63,938 bases of DNA, filler included, from Octopus bimaculoides (GCF_001194135.2; 8 parts of 7 records of this genome joined end to end with filler, not necessarily neighbours in it), one strand, 5' to 3'; counted from the first letter of the whole stretch, positions 13,118-26,804 are shown. The notes: a model not told the origin generated them from the sequence alone. Numbers and translations are program-made.

Positions 13118-13489
13118 NNNNNNNNNNNNNNNNNNNNNNNNNNNNNNNNNNNNNNNNNNNNNNNNNNNNNNNNNNNNNNNNNNNNNNNNNNNNNNNNNNN
13201 NNNNNNNNNNNNNNNNNNNNNNNNNNNNNNNNNNNNNNNNNNNNNNNNNNNNNNNNNNNNNNNNNNNNNNNNNNNNNNNNNNNNNNNNNNNNNNNNNNNN
13301 NNNNNNNNNNNNNNNNNNNNNNNNNNNNNNNNNNNNNNNNNNNNNNNNNNNNNNNNNNNNNNNNNNNNNNNNNNNNNNNNNNNNNNNNNNNNNNNNNNNN
13401 NNNNNNNNNNNNNNNNNNNNNNNNNNNNNNNNNNNNNNNNNNNNNNNNNNNNNNNNNNNNNNNNNNNNNNNNNNNNNNNNNNNNNNNNN

Positions 13490-13584
<95 letters not shown>

Positions 13585-13790
13585 ACGAGCTGGCAGAATC
13601 GTTAGTACGCCGGCAAAATGCTTCGCGGCATTTCGCCCGTCCTTACGTTCTGAGTTCAAATTCTGCCGAGGTCGACTTGCCCTTTCATCCTTTCGGGGTC
13701 AATGAAATAAGTACCAGTGAAACACTGGGGTCGATGTAATCGAATACCCCCTCTCTCAAAATATCAGGCCTTGTGCCTGTAGTAGAAAGG

Positions 13791-13791
<1 letters not shown>
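13585..13791 (+). mobile_element. tRNA-derived SINE (gagctggcagaatcgttag family) between (ATT)n tracts
   Basis: gagctggcagaatcgttag...gttctgagttcaaattctgccgaggtcgac...ggccttgtgcctgtagtagaaagg followed by an (att)n tail. Confidence 0.85.
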
Positions 13792-13826
<35 letters not shown>

Positions 13827-14032
13827 GAGTGAGAGAGTAGTGCTTGCCATCAAAGTGACACTGGGGTAAAATATATGAAGCCCGATATACTCATCATGAC
13901 TACCCATCTGCTCACGAAACTGGGAATTCTCCCATTCTGTTGCAGTAAACATTTGCTAAGAGGTCGCCGAACAAGTCTGGCATGTAAGCGTAAAGCTCGT
14001 AGAGCAGACCATCCATACCAGGTGATTTGCCC

Positions 14033-16470
14033 AATAACAATAAGAAGAATAGCTCCGGGCTAAATAACAACTTGAATGTACACTAAGAAGCTCTCTTCAC
14101 AAAACAAACTTAAACCAATAACATCGGTGCAATGGAAGGAAAACTTCGCAATTCAGTTGTGGGAAAAGTTCTGTCAAAGCAAAGGAACTAAAAATTCGGC
14201 AAGACTTTTGTTATATAAAAGTAGTATCTTTTTTTAATGCGTGATATCTCAATGCGACATACGCAAGAAATCGAAACCAGCACCAGGAACCCTGGAAAAA
14301 CACACCAATTACACGGTAAGTACGTAAATTGAATAATTACCTAAACATTCAACTATCTATGCATCTATATGCACATGGTAATATTTATAAGCAACATAAA
14401 TAATGCCTACACGACACACTCGTACGCACAGAAAAAAACACAAACAAAAACAATGCGACTTCCCACAAAATGGAGCAAATTAGTCGCTCAGTTTAAAACA
14501 TCACTAAACAGTTATGTCTGGAAACATAGCTACCAAAAAAAAAAATAGAGGCGATTTTCTATCTATCAGCCTAGGATATGACAAATATTCATTCGAAGTA
14601 CAAGGAAGCGGTGTCATGTCAAAACGTCAACACTGAACAATCAGATCCGTCTCCTATTGTCACTGTCAATACTTTAATGACAAGCCAAAATTCATGCCGG
14701 ATCGGTAATCACCCGAGTCAACAAGGACCGCGTTACCTCGTAGGAAACCAGACTGAAGTCAAAAAGTCTGCTGATGGAACAAACTAAAACAAAAACGATC
14801 TACTAGGTAACCAGAATCAGGATAACCCTAGCCCTACACTTGTAGTGACGTCACCAAAAACACCACTTAAAGCAAAATGCATAAAATGGACTAGAGAGAA
14901 TTATAGTGATATGTTGAAAGCTTTCTATACAGCCCAGCTAAACACAAGCAATAGCCTCATTGCACAAACGTACATTTCATGAAGAAGCTTAGTAGGCAAC
15001 GAAGTACGCAGATATGTAGATGCAAATAAATTAAATAATGTACGTAGAGACATCATTAAGCATAAAAAGTTGACTGGCGCTGAAATTAGCCAAATTTGGA
15101 CACAAATATCTCGTGGTAAACCAAATGAAAACAGCAACAATGCAGACGAAATAGGTAACAAATGCACAGAACCCAGTGTACAAGCAGTATATCCCAACGA
15201 GGAAGCTTACAAAAGAATGGCGAAGAACAGATATGCGGAAAAAGAGAAGAAAGTAGACCTACTTCAAGAACACCAGAGTAGCTATGACACAGAATTTGAG
15301 GTGAATAATAAAGAGATCATTGACGCAAAAGAATATATTATGAGAGAACTCAGTAAATACTTAACCTCCATTAAAAACCCAACATAATCATGGTATATAA
15401 TGTTGCTCTTAGACATATCTTAAGAAATAAGGGAAATGACCTAACAACCTTATATAACTTCATCTATTCCACTGCTAAAGTTGTAACTGCTCAACAAGGT
15501 ATCAGGACGACACGGAAAAGAGCCAACCAGGTCAATAGACCTCGTAAGTGGAAAGTAGCAATACAAAAAGAGATCAAATCTCTGCGGGCAGATGTATCAG
15601 TTCTCTATGAATTTGCTAGAGGAGTAAATCTTAAGACGAAACAGGCTAGAAAAATCAAGCAGAAATATAAAATCAGAAATTTTATAAACCTCCCTGCAAC
15701 CAAGGAACGATTGAAAGGGCGAATACAGCTGAAAACCCAACGACTTAGAAAGTATGATAAAAGAATCAGATTTTATCAACAAATCAATGTATTCATGGCG
15801 AATGCAAAGAAATTTTATAGGGAAATTGGCAAAAGAAGACTGAGGGAATGGAAGAGCTCTGGAAGATGGCATGGAACAACAAAAAATGAATATAATGCTG
15901 AAGCTCACTGGATAGAGCGTGAGAAAGTGAGTTTGGATAAAACCGAAGATCAGAAATGAGAGGCAATAGGAATAAAAGAGCTAAGATGTGTTCTTAGAAA
16001 GTCTCACAAATAAAAAATCCTAGGATTAGACCAGATTCCTAACTTCTAGCTGAATTGTCTGACAGAAATACACCAAAATTTCGCTGCATCTCTAACTGAT
16101 ATCATCCAGAACCTAGAGCAAATACCTTCATGACTGACTGAAAGAACAACATACTTTCTACCCAAAACTGAAAAAACAAAAAATCTCAAAACTACCGACC
16201 AGTAACATGTTTCAACACCACCTACAAGACCCCCACAGCCATATTAACAGAAAGAATATATGTTTTCCTTGAACAGAACTCTATCATTCCACAAGCTCAA
16301 AAAGCTGTAAAAGGAACTGTAAAGGTTCCACAGATCAATTATTCATAAATAAAATGATTGTAGAGAATTGCCAGAGCAAAAAGAACCTGAGTATAACATG
16401 CATAGGCTATAGGAAAGCGTTTGATAGTGTCCCACATAAATGGCTATTTAAGGCCCTTGAGATACATAAG
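14033..16470 (+). mobile_element. R4/Dong-like LINE, long 5' portion through RT, pseudogenised
   Basis: KWTRENYSDMLKAFY...YVDANKLNNVRRDIIKHK; LTTLYNFIYSTAKVVT; RLRKYDKRIRFYQQINVFMANAKKFYREIG; NYRPVTC; GYRKAFDSVPHKWLFKALE. Many stops and frameshifts. Confidence 0.88.
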
Positions 16471-16820
16471 ATCTCTCTTGTCGTCTCCAGATTCTTACAA
16501 GGTAGCGTGGCCAAATCTCTCCTGTCGTTTCCAGATTCTTACAAGGTAGCATGGCCAAATCTCTCCTGTCGTCTCCAGATTCTTACAATGTAGCTTGGCC
16601 AAATCTCTCCTGTCGTCTCCAGATTCTTACAAGGTAGCATGGCCAAATCTCTCCTGTCGTCTCCAGATTCTTACAATGTAGCTTGGCCAAATCTCTCCTG
16701 TTGTCTCCAGATTCTTACAAGGTAGCGTGGCCAAATCTCTCCAGTCGTTTCCAAATTCTTACAAGATAGCATGGCCAAATCTCTCCTGTCGTTTCCAAAT
16801 TCTTACAAGGTAGCGTGGCC
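16469..16820 (+). repeat. 44-bp minisatellite, 8 units
   Basis: Unit aaatctctcctgtcgtctccagattcttacaaggtagcatggcc starts at 16469, 16513, 16557, 16601, 16645, 16689, 16733 and 16777. Confidence 0.95.
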
Positions 16821-17399
16821 AAAAGGAACACACCTGATGTGGTCCTCCTGAGGCAGGAGAACCTCTAGGAATAATCGAGGAACCCCACCACCCATTCATT
16901 TACGGCTGTTCTATAATCTTGTTAGTTATATAATAGACATTATATCAACATTCGTTAAAGTTGAACCATAATTATTGTACATGTGCCATATTTCCTAATA
17001 TTACCTATGGTGTCTCCCTGTGCGTGCATACGTGTTTCGCAGTGTTTGTATCTGCTTGCATGTACGTATATTGCCTATATTTCAATATGAATGTATGTAT
17101 ATATGTATGCGTGCCTTTCTGTGTCATTTTATGTGTACTGTGTAACATGGCTCATTTGTGAGTGGATGTGTGTATGTATTAAGCCTAACTATATATGAGT
17201 ATGTATTAAGTCTAACTATATATGTGTGTATGTATTAAGACTATTGCTGAATGGTTAGATCATCGAACAAAATACCTCGTGTTAATGTCTAGAAATTTCT
17301 ACGTTCTGTATGTGGTTCAAGTCCCACTGCGGTCAGTTTTGCTTATCATCCTCACTGTTGATAAAGAATATTCCAGAACCAATCAAGTACAGGGGTCAA

Positions 17400-19300
17400 T
17401 TTAATGAACTGAAAATTTGAAGCTAGACTCCATTCCCGAGGATAACATCGTAGACAAGGAGTGTGTTGACCTGTTTTGTGATCTTTCAGCAATTGTTGGT
17501 CTTCCACACTTTTATTTTGCTTTTTAAAATCTTGCATAGAATACATAACATTTAGTTCACTCCGTTATCGAATTATCTAAAAAGAAACTATCATAAGTGT
17601 TTTTTAAAGAATTTAAAGCATCCATTGGAAATTCCTTGCAATATTCCTCACCTTTGCTGAAATTGGAAAGTTTTATGAATTCAAGCTCTTCTAAGGATTG
17701 CGTTTTTAATTGGTCAAATATTGTGCCAATAATTTGGTTATTGAGCATTATATAATGCTGTTGGAGATCAATTACTTTATTCTTTAATCTCTTAATTTCG
17801 ATTGTTACAACGATTCCACATTCCACCACCCCCTCAAAAAAAAACACATCATAAAATATTAAAAAATCACCGAGCTTATTCTCGAGTACATTTCTAGTTT
17901 TATTTATTTACTATTTACAATCCACTATGCTATGACTTTTAGTCTGAAGGATGATAAATACGACATCAGTGAAAGAAAATATGTCACTAAATACTTCTAA
18001 TAAAATAAGATATCGGGAGCTTTTAAATTATATAAGGACCCAATTGCAAAATTTATTGTGCCCTTATCCTATTCTTCAGGATTTTCAATAATGTCTTCAA
18101 AAATGCTTATTATGAAATTACAATTTACTTTGTAGTAAATTCCATCTAGATACTGCAGTAAATTCCATCTAGATACTGTAGATTTGGGGATTCCATTTTT
18201 AAACTGTGTTATCTAACGCATTAGCACTTTTTGGATAATTTCTTAAAAGGAATGTACTCAGTCTATTTATTGTAGAAGAAATATCTTGCATTCTTTTATA
18301 AAAGAGTATGCTTGTGACACAACTAAATTTAGGACATGAACACAACAATGAGCAAAGATCATACATTCATACTTTTCTTTGAAGTTTGACTGCAACCCAT
18401 TTAATTGTTTTGCTGTTGTATCGGCACCCTCATAGGTTTGTGCACTTAATATTTTCACATTTTCACGTTTCAAAGCACTTGAAAACATATTCATGACGGT
18501 CTGCACTAACATCATTAAAATCGATAAATCGTTCTTTAGTAACACAATCTTTTGTAACATAGCGCAAAACACTTGATAGTTATAAACAGCTCGATACATC
18601 GGACGCTTCACCGATAAGAATAGCTACAAATTTAGCTTGCTTCAGTTCATCTTCTATTTCATTCAATATATCCCTTTGAATTGCATCGATCAAGTCGTTT
18701 TGAATTCCTTTTGAGAGACCTGAGAAAATAAAAGCTGTTTCTAGATGGCATGCCAATTTCTCGTCATATTTACTGATTAAATATGAGAGCTCTTTATAAT
18801 TACAACTATTATTGAATTCTTTGCATTCAAAATGACCCAGAAAGGATAATTCCTCGCGACCAAGAAAAATATCTGCATCGATCAATTGCCGCAGAATGGA
18901 TCTTTTTCGTCTAACTTCATTATGTTATTGTATGCCCTGCTTTTTTTATACTTATCTTATAATTGTAAGTCTATGAGAACATTTCCAAATGTCTTTGTGA
19001 ACGTACATATTTTAGCATAGCCATATGTAGATTAATTAAATCAGCGTAACCTTTATCACTCCAAACTAAATAAGAAATATGGCCAACAGAATAACTCATA
19101 TAGCGAAGCACTTCCAGTTAACCCTTCTTTTCTTTCATACAGATTCATCTGAATTCGTCGAATACATTTCTTGTTGTAACTTTGCAAATTAGATAATTTC
19201 CACGTTAGTCTACCATCATTTATAATAAGTTGTTTCTTTTCAAAGACTTTTTTGAAAAACTATTTTTCAAACGTTCTATAACACATATTTCAGTTATTTG
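17400..19300 (-). mobile_element. hAT transposase relic (ZMYM1/DUF4371-like, with dimerisation-domain region)
   Basis: FLGREELSFLGHFE...NYKEL...SGLSKGIQNDLIDAI...FVAILIGEASDVS; AQTYEGA...NGLQ...MIFAHCCVHVLNLVVSQ. Disrupted by stops. Confidence 0.85.
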
Positions 19301-19350
19301 GACTAATATTTCGGAAGTTAAATAAAAAAAAAATTATAAAAGAAATACGC

Positions 19351-19386
<36 letters not shown>

Positions 19387-19414
19387 CTCTGTGTGTGTGC
19401 CTCTGTGTGTGTGC

Positions 19415-19445
<31 letters not shown>

Positions 19446-19545
19446 NNNNNNNNNNNNNNNNNNNNNNNNNNNNNNNNNNNNNNNNNNNNTTAATTAATTA
19501 ANNNNNNNNNNNNNNNNNNNNNNNNNNNNNNNNNNNNNNNNNNNN

Positions 19546-19759
19546 GTTTGGGTGGTAGAACTCCTGTTCGGATGGGTTTGAGTGAGTATCCTGCTTCTTT
19601 TGTGGCTGCAGTGGCTGCCGCATATATTATGTCATTTAGCTCAGTGATATTGCCTGTTGTTTCTGTGGTTGTTAGTTCCGTGACGGCCAGGTTTATGCTA
19701 TTTATTATTGATGTTATTTTATTGTCTATTTTGATTTTTGGGAGATATAATCTGTGGTC

Positions 19760-19760
<1 letters not shown>
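19546..19760 (-). mobile_element. R4/Dong-like LINE fragment starting at (TAA)n
   Basis: RLYLPKIKIDNKITSIINSIN...ITELNDIIYAAATAAT parallels ITETNNLIKAASIVAA of the 9446-11282 element. Directly abuts (TTA)n at 19761-19820. Confidence 0.65.
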
Positions 19761-19820
<60 letters not shown>

Positions 19821-20379
19821 TATCCTCATCATCAACATCATACTCGCTCTTGACCGAGTAAGACCTATTTTCCTTTTCACCGTAAATGTCCCGATTACTG
19901 CTGAAAGTTTAACCCTTTAGGAGATTTAGGGGTTATTATTGAACATTTCTGTTGTCGATTTAGTTTCTGAGACCAAGAAACGGCATCAGAACTACCACTA
20001 CCACGACAGTCAGTATCGCTTCCAGCGTTGGATAACAACATAGTTAGACCATTCAATATTTTAAAATTTGAGAAGGGGGATTAGAATGTGAAAGAAGAAG
20101 GCTGTAGTGCCAGTGTATTCTTATCTCAAGGCGCTTAAAAAACCTAGAAGCATGAACTATCACGTATAGGTGCATAGGAGTAAGAAGCAAGTGTGTTAAA
20201 GGGCCAACATGATGCATAAGTGGGAAGGTACCACAAAAAGGTCTGAAAGCAGAAGATCGTCAGTCGTAGAAGGCACAGCTGATCGAAGATTTGCCTCACA
20301 GAGTGAGGTAATCAGTCATGCAATCAATCCCATGGAAAATTAAAAGTTTACTCATCTTTTTCTTTGATGAGCAGCTATG

Positions 20380-21180
20380 AAGTGAAGTTGAAAGTTGTGA
20401 ATGTGCCACCAGCGATAAACCCATGGCGATTGTTGGCAGCCGTCCTGCGAGGCGGAGAGGATGAAGGGAGCATCATCTAAATACGAAATAATCGATGATT
20501 AGAGGTCGTGAGGCAAACAAATGAAAATAAGCTGGAGAAAATCACCATTTTGGTCAACCTATAAAATGGCACTCATCTATTTGAGTTGGTGGAGGCAAAT
20601 GGCCCAGGTACCACCCATGTGACGACAGCAACCACCTAAGGGGTTTTTTTTTGTTCAAAACAGCAAACAGAAGAAAAAAGACGAGCACTCCTGCCGCTTT
20701 CACTACAACAATGAAAATGATAGTGAAAATAGCAACAATAGTAGCCACAACAACAGAAGCAGGGACAACTGTAGCAATAGCAACAACTGCTTTAGAAATA
20801 ACACTAACAGCACCACTCCCACCAATCGAACAGAACCTGGCCCCAAACACCTCTAAATTGTCTCCGAGTTTTATCATATGCCCAACAACACGCTATCGAA
20901 CATTTACACATACGGGAAAACAAGCCACTCTCTTCCTCCATATAATTCGGGGAACTCATGATGTGATGGAGGTGGAAATGCAAAGAGAAATTAAAAGATT
21001 TACTGCAAGCAGAAAACCAGGAGAATTGACGAAGCGGAAGTTTTACCTTTGACGAACCAGGTAACCATATCATCGCTACCGAATTCACCGCTCCAACTAC
21101 AACAAACGAAGTTAAATTCGACACCTACATCAAGGAAAACACACAAACACAACAATTACAGAACAAAAAGTCAGGTTTGT
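20380..21180 (+). mobile_element. Probable decayed LINE ORF1/5'-region debris
   Basis: Thr/Asn-rich broken frames and a VKLKVVNVPPAINPWRLLAAVL segment reminiscent of LINE ORF1. No diagnostic motif. Confidence 0.25.
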
Positions 21181-21249
21181 TGCATGAATTGGCCATGTAG
21201 TTCCCTTTCTTTCCATTTATTTATTCTGTTGTTTGTCTTTTCTCTTTGA

Positions 21250-21624
21250 ATTTTCTTACTTATTTCGGTCACTTTTTTGGGTATCTCTGGTTGCTGATAG
21301 TATTATTTGTTTACTCTGTACAACATAATTTTTCAGAGCTAGTATCGTAGTATTAACAGTGTTTTCTGCATTTAGTAATATTATGCCACCTTCCTTTTTT
21401 GGTAAGCAAAGTCAGTGGGTATTGCTTTTAGGGTGGAACGCGTTGTGTATTGTAAGCAGCTTTCTGGTTTTTCTATCCAAATTCCGTGGCTTGACCTTTG
21501 TCTATTTCAGAGTATCTTTATACGGGCATAGCCCATGTATTTGCGGCATTAATGATATTCCCTCCATTTAATTTTGTTTCGAGCATCTTCCTAATTCTCC
21601 TCTTTAGTGCCTATAGCAGAAAAG

Positions 21625-21625
<1 letters not shown>
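21250..21625 (-). mobile_element. R4/Dong-like LINE fragment (RT thumb region)
   Basis: RRIRKMLETKLNGGNIINAANTWAMPV...LDRKTRKLLTIHNAFHPKSN...LPKKEGG. Abuts (TTA)n at 21626-21681. Confidence 0.85.
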
Positions 21626-21683
<58 letters not shown>

Positions 21684-22010
21684 CCCACCGAGGTCGACTT
21701 TACTTTTCATTCTTTCGGGGTCGATAAAATAAATACCAGTTGAACATTGGGGTCGAGGTAATCGACTTACCCAGTTCCCGGAATTGCTGGCCTTGTGCCA
21801 GAATTTGAATCGTTAGAGCGTCGGGAATATGCCTTACTGTATTTGTTCCTATTATTTATGTTCTGTGTTCAAATCCCACCGAAGTCAACTTTGTCTTTCA
21901 TCTTTTCGGAGCCGATAAAATAGTGTAGCAGTCAAGTACTGGAGTCGATGGTACCGACTACCACCTCCCCTCAAAATTATTGGCCTTGCGCTTAAATCAA
22001 AAGTAGTGGT
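21684..22010 (+). mobile_element. Two tandem tRNA-derived SINE copies (same family as 13585)
   Basis: cccaccgaggtcgactttacttttcattctttcggggtcgataaaataaatacc...ggccttgtgcc, repeated twice head-to-tail. Confidence 0.75.
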
Positions 22011-22027
22011 GGTGGTGATGTTGGTTT

Positions 22028-22075
<48 letters not shown>

Positions 22076-23512
22076 CAGCAGCAGCAGCAGCAGCGGCAGC
22101 AGTAGCAGTAGCAGTAGTAGTAGTAGTAGTAGTTGCGGGCAGCAGCAGTAGTTGTAGTAGTAGTAGTTTTTGTTGTTCTTGTTATTCTTGTTGCTGCTGC
22201 TGTTGTTGTTATTGTTTTCACTGCATACCCGAGCGACGGTCTGTGTATCTTAGGTGCATACGGGATTTTTCTTCTCTTTTTTTCTTTTTTGCCTTTTGCA
22301 TTGTATTGGATGCATTCAAATTAGGATGAGTGCAGTGCCTGGTTGTTCTACTCTGGCTGAGTCCTACAGTTTAGGCTATATATTTGTCCTATTTGAAATG
22401 AACCGTTTTCTATGAAGGGGAGCTGGTATCTATGAAGGGAACTGGCATCTAAGAAAGCGAACGGTTATTTGTCGATATAAACTTGTATCTATGCAATTAA
22501 AAATACATGTAACATCAAGGAAACATATGTTAACTGAGAATAACAAATCCCAGTTAAATAGTCTGAGGCACCGAAACAAATTAAATACTGTCGATAGTGC
22601 TTGAAATAGGGCTACAAACTAGTGAAACGATTATTAATAAACAGTACTGAGAACCGTTAGAACAAGACGTAAATTTCCTGAGAATTTTGGCCGCGATTCG
22701 CCTCGTTTCTCTTCTGATGCAAATTCATATCATTTGCACCTTCTCATAAGGTTAAGAAAATCAGGAATGTAACTGTATCCCTCTATTCTCATCCATCAAA
22801 TTTTAGGAAGAGAAAATTCATCAGTGTTTTCATTCCTTGCTACTAACTATGTTATATCACCAGAGTTGAGTGATTAGGTCAATGAGAGGTTACAATGTTT
22901 TAGTTTCGATCCAACTTCTTTGCACTTTGAGTGAGTGTTCTCACACATATCTTAGAGTCAACTCTTGACATGTGAAGAAAACTGAGAAAACTCGTCTATA
23001 TGATTTACCTACTTTTTTGAAATCAAGCTATATCGCATCCATTAATACGCTGAGTCTGCTTCGAGGTAATATTAAGTGTAAAAGTGTTCGTGGAGTACTC
23101 AGCCACTTATAAGTCTACTTGAAAATTATGTCGAGTATTCAAGCGCCTATGGAATAGCCATTCGTCCAGTAATTCGAGAGTTTATAAATTCAGCCGCTAG
23201 TATTATTTCATTCTTTAATGCTTTTGTTCTTTTACTTGTTTCACTTATTGGACTACGGCTATAGTGGGGCATCCTTGAAAAAGCTCAGTCAATCAAATTA
23301 ATCCCAATGCTTATTCGAAAGTTTAGTACTTATTCTATCGATCCTTAACCCTAACCTTAACCCTCTCTCTCTCTCTCTCTCTCGAATAAGTACCAGGCTT
23401 TGAAAACTGTACTACTTATTCGATATGCTCGAATAAACACTTCAAGGCGATGCCCCAGCATGGTTGCAGTCTAATGGCTGAAAGAAGCAAAACAAATTTT
23501 ATGGGGGGGGGG

Positions 23513-24178
23513 TAAATAAAATGAGACTACAAAGCCAAGGGTGTGTGGAAATTTCAGGACATTTTAACGAGCACGTTAGTCTTACAGCTGTTGCAGAGAT
23601 ATTAGGGATATCCCCTCATCACAGACGGTGTGAGATGGTTAAATAGAAGGATGAGAGAATATCCCTAATACCTCAGCAACAGCTGTAAGACTAGCAATGT
23701 TAAATCTCTGAACGAGGTATAAACAGCAGCTGCACAACAACGTGAAATATATTTGCCACTTAAATATGGACAAACCCTAAGGGTGAATGATACTGTAGCA
23801 TTTAGCCCCTGGAGAACATCTCCTCCAAGGATGACTTCCCTTTGCAAATACCGACAGGGCACAGAAAGTGTGTCAATAGCCAGCTGGAGATGGTCTCCTG
23901 GGGCTAAACGCTACAGTAGCATTCACCCTTAGGGTTTAGCCGCATTTAAGTGACAAATATACTTCAAGCTGTAAGACTAACTTTCTCGTTATAAATGTCC
24001 TGAAAATTCCGCGCACCCTTGGCATTGTTGTCTCATTTTATTTAACATATACATGCTCATACAAGACCAGCATTAAACTCCTCACTTGCATTATTATCGA
24101 ACCGAGAGTGTAACTACAGTCCTTCTATAGCACTTACATAGCCTTACCTGCCACCTTGGGTCTTCTGAGTACCAATAC

Positions 24179-24185
<7 letters not shown>
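23513..24185. mobile_element. Non-autonomous fold-back element built from inverted pLTR-like segments with degenerate hammerhead motifs
   Basis: Three inverted-repeat pairs: 23513-23589/23967-24044, 23578-23611/23659-23692 and about 23748-23822/23887-23961. The tail 23967-24185 is homologous to 29698-29900. Confidence 0.75.
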
Positions 24186-24220
<35 letters not shown>

Positions 24221-24245
24221 ACCCAATCTCCCNNNNNNNNNNTAC

Positions 24246-24276
<31 letters not shown>

Positions 24277-24991
24277 CCTTTAAGTTCGTTTACGGGAAAC
24301 GTTTTGAATATGCATATTCTATTATGCCGGCTACAGCCTGAAGGTACCAAATGGCAATACCAGTTTTTATGGGTCGCACCGAACTGTGCCAATAATAATA
24401 ATAATAATAATCCATAGATATAATCTATAAATATTTCAATGCATCGATACGCGCGTTTCCACAAATCACGTTTCTTAAGACCATAGTCCATATTCCTGAG
24501 ATGATTACAGTACAGCCCGTAGTATCCATGGACATGCTCATAAATACGTCAGGCTTCCACACAGTTTCTGTCTACCAAAAAAAGAAAATTCATGTTATTA
24601 CACCGATAATCCGGATAATCCAATATTTGCAAGCGTATCGGTGATAGAGCATGAATAAGCAGAACATGACAAGAGAACAAATTGTGGAATTATATTAGTA
24701 AATCATACCATAATTTAATCTTTTGTCATGTAATAATTATCTATACACACACACACACTCCCACACACACACCTACATACATGCATACATACATACATAC
24801 ATACATACACATATGCAGGATACGACGAAGGAAAATGCTCAGGGACATCTGCTGCATTAAAAAACATGTAGTGAAGTGGACACTACATAAGTTATGTAAT
24901 GATCTTATATGTATGCGTGTATAGTTACGTATGCACACGCACACAGACACACATACAGACACATTTACACACACATTCACAAACACACACA

Positions 24992-25049
<58 letters not shown>

Positions 25050-25272
25050 ACACTCGCACTACAAGTTACACAAACCAAATACCTTCAGACAAAACATTTG
25101 TGGTATTATATTGAAATCAATGTTTGCGTTGAGTAAACCAGACTTTCACTGCGGTGCTGGTTGTGGTGAAAGAAGAAGAAGNNNNNNNNNNACAAAACAT
25201 TTGTGGTATTATATTGAAATCAATGTTTGCGTTGAGTAAACCAGACTTTCACTGCGGTGCTGGTTGTGGTGA

Positions 25273-26110
25273 AAGAAGAAGAAGAAGAAGAAGAAGAAGA
25301 AGAAGAAGAAGAAGAAGAAGAAGAAGAAGAAGAAGAAGAAGAAGAAGATAGTGGTAGATGTGGTGATGGTGGATGACGAGGAGGGGAAGTGGAGAGGAAG
25401 ATGATGGTGGGGGAAGTGGGCAAGGTTGATTGTCGTGGTGTAGGTGGAAGATGATGGTGGTAGTTGCTGTGGTGATGGTTGTGGTGGTGATAGTGGTGGT
25501 AACAGTGGAGTAGTGTTCTGGTGATGGTGGTTACTGGTGTAGCGGCCGTTTTGTTGTGGTGATTGGGCCGATGGTTACGTTAGTGGTGATGACGGCAGCA
25601 GTTGTGCTGCTACTGGTAACGACGGTGGCAGCGGTAGTGGTGGTAGTGGTAGTAATAGTAGTAATGGTAGTGGAGGTGGTGGTACTGCTTCTGATAGTGC
25701 GGGTGACAATGGTGAGCGTGGTAGTGTTGGTGGTAGTGTTGGTGGTAGTGCTGGTGATGGTGATGCTGCTGCTGTTACTGGCAATGACGATTGTAGTATA
25801 GGTAGTAGCAATTGTGGTGGTGGTGTTGTTGGTGGTGGTGTTGTTGTTNNNNNNNNNNNNNNNNNNNNNNNNNNNNNNNNNNNNNNNNNNNNNNNNNNNN
25901 NNNNNNNNNNNNNNNNNNNNNNNNNNNNNNNNNNNNNNNNNNNNNNNNNNNNNNNNNNNNNNNNNNNNNNNNNNNNNNNNNNNNNNNNNNNNNNNNNNNN
26001 NNNNNNNNNNNNNNNNNNNNNNNNNNGATCTTGGTGGACTGATGGTGATGGTGGTGACGGTGACGGTGGCGGCGGTAGCAGTGATGGTTTCGGTGATGGC
26101 GACGTTGATT
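25273..26110. repeat. (GAA)n microsatellite followed by GGT/GAT low-complexity tract
   Basis: Seen directly; the ORFs here are poly-V/poly-P artefacts. Confidence 0.9.
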
Positions 26111-26804
26111 CGGAAAACGTATATATATATTGATGGAGGTAAGAAAAAGAAGTGCTAAGGAAACAATAGATAATCCTGTATTATACTAAAGTGTTGGTGA
26201 GGATTATGATAATGATGGTAATGTTGTTGTTGCTTTGCCACATGCCAGCTGTGACCATTCTGTGTTTGTTTTATAAGCAGAGAACCCAGAGCTATAACAT
26301 AATCTATTCACTGTTATATCTTCTAAGATGGAAAGTTAAGGCATGATTGGAGGCAGAATTCTGCTGCTAAAGTCTGTCAAGTCAATTGGCCAAATTACAA
26401 GCTCTCTCGTCGGTTCGTCCTTCAGATAATCGCACGACATACATTCATACTTAACATCTGTCGAGAAGTGACCAACGTCACAAATATTACTCTCTCTTTC
26501 TCTCTCGTCTACCTCCTCCTATTCCTCAGACTAATTAATTAGAAAGAAGATGATAAACTTAAGTATGTCAGAGTGTCAGTATGTCAGTCATTTAATATTT
26601 GATTGGCATACGGTTTTGTTTCTGCTCTTTTATATTTGTTTTGTTGTTGTTTTTTTTTTCTGGGTTGGGGAGAATATCGTATATTTTCCCGTCGAACATT
26701 TTTTTTTTTTTTCAGCATTTATAGAATTAAATTGACAATGCTTTCAGTATCTATCGAAAGAAGTAGAAATAATATATTGCTAACATTTTATCGTGTTCGC
26801 AATA

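Noticed and set aside
16469-16820. CRISPR-like appearance of regular repeats
   Set aside because: Units are contiguous with no unique spacers, in a eukaryotic context.
18143-18180. Short local tandem duplications (here about 24 bp; also 17170-17235 and 22410-22455)
   Set aside because: Two to three units only; ordinary slippage products.
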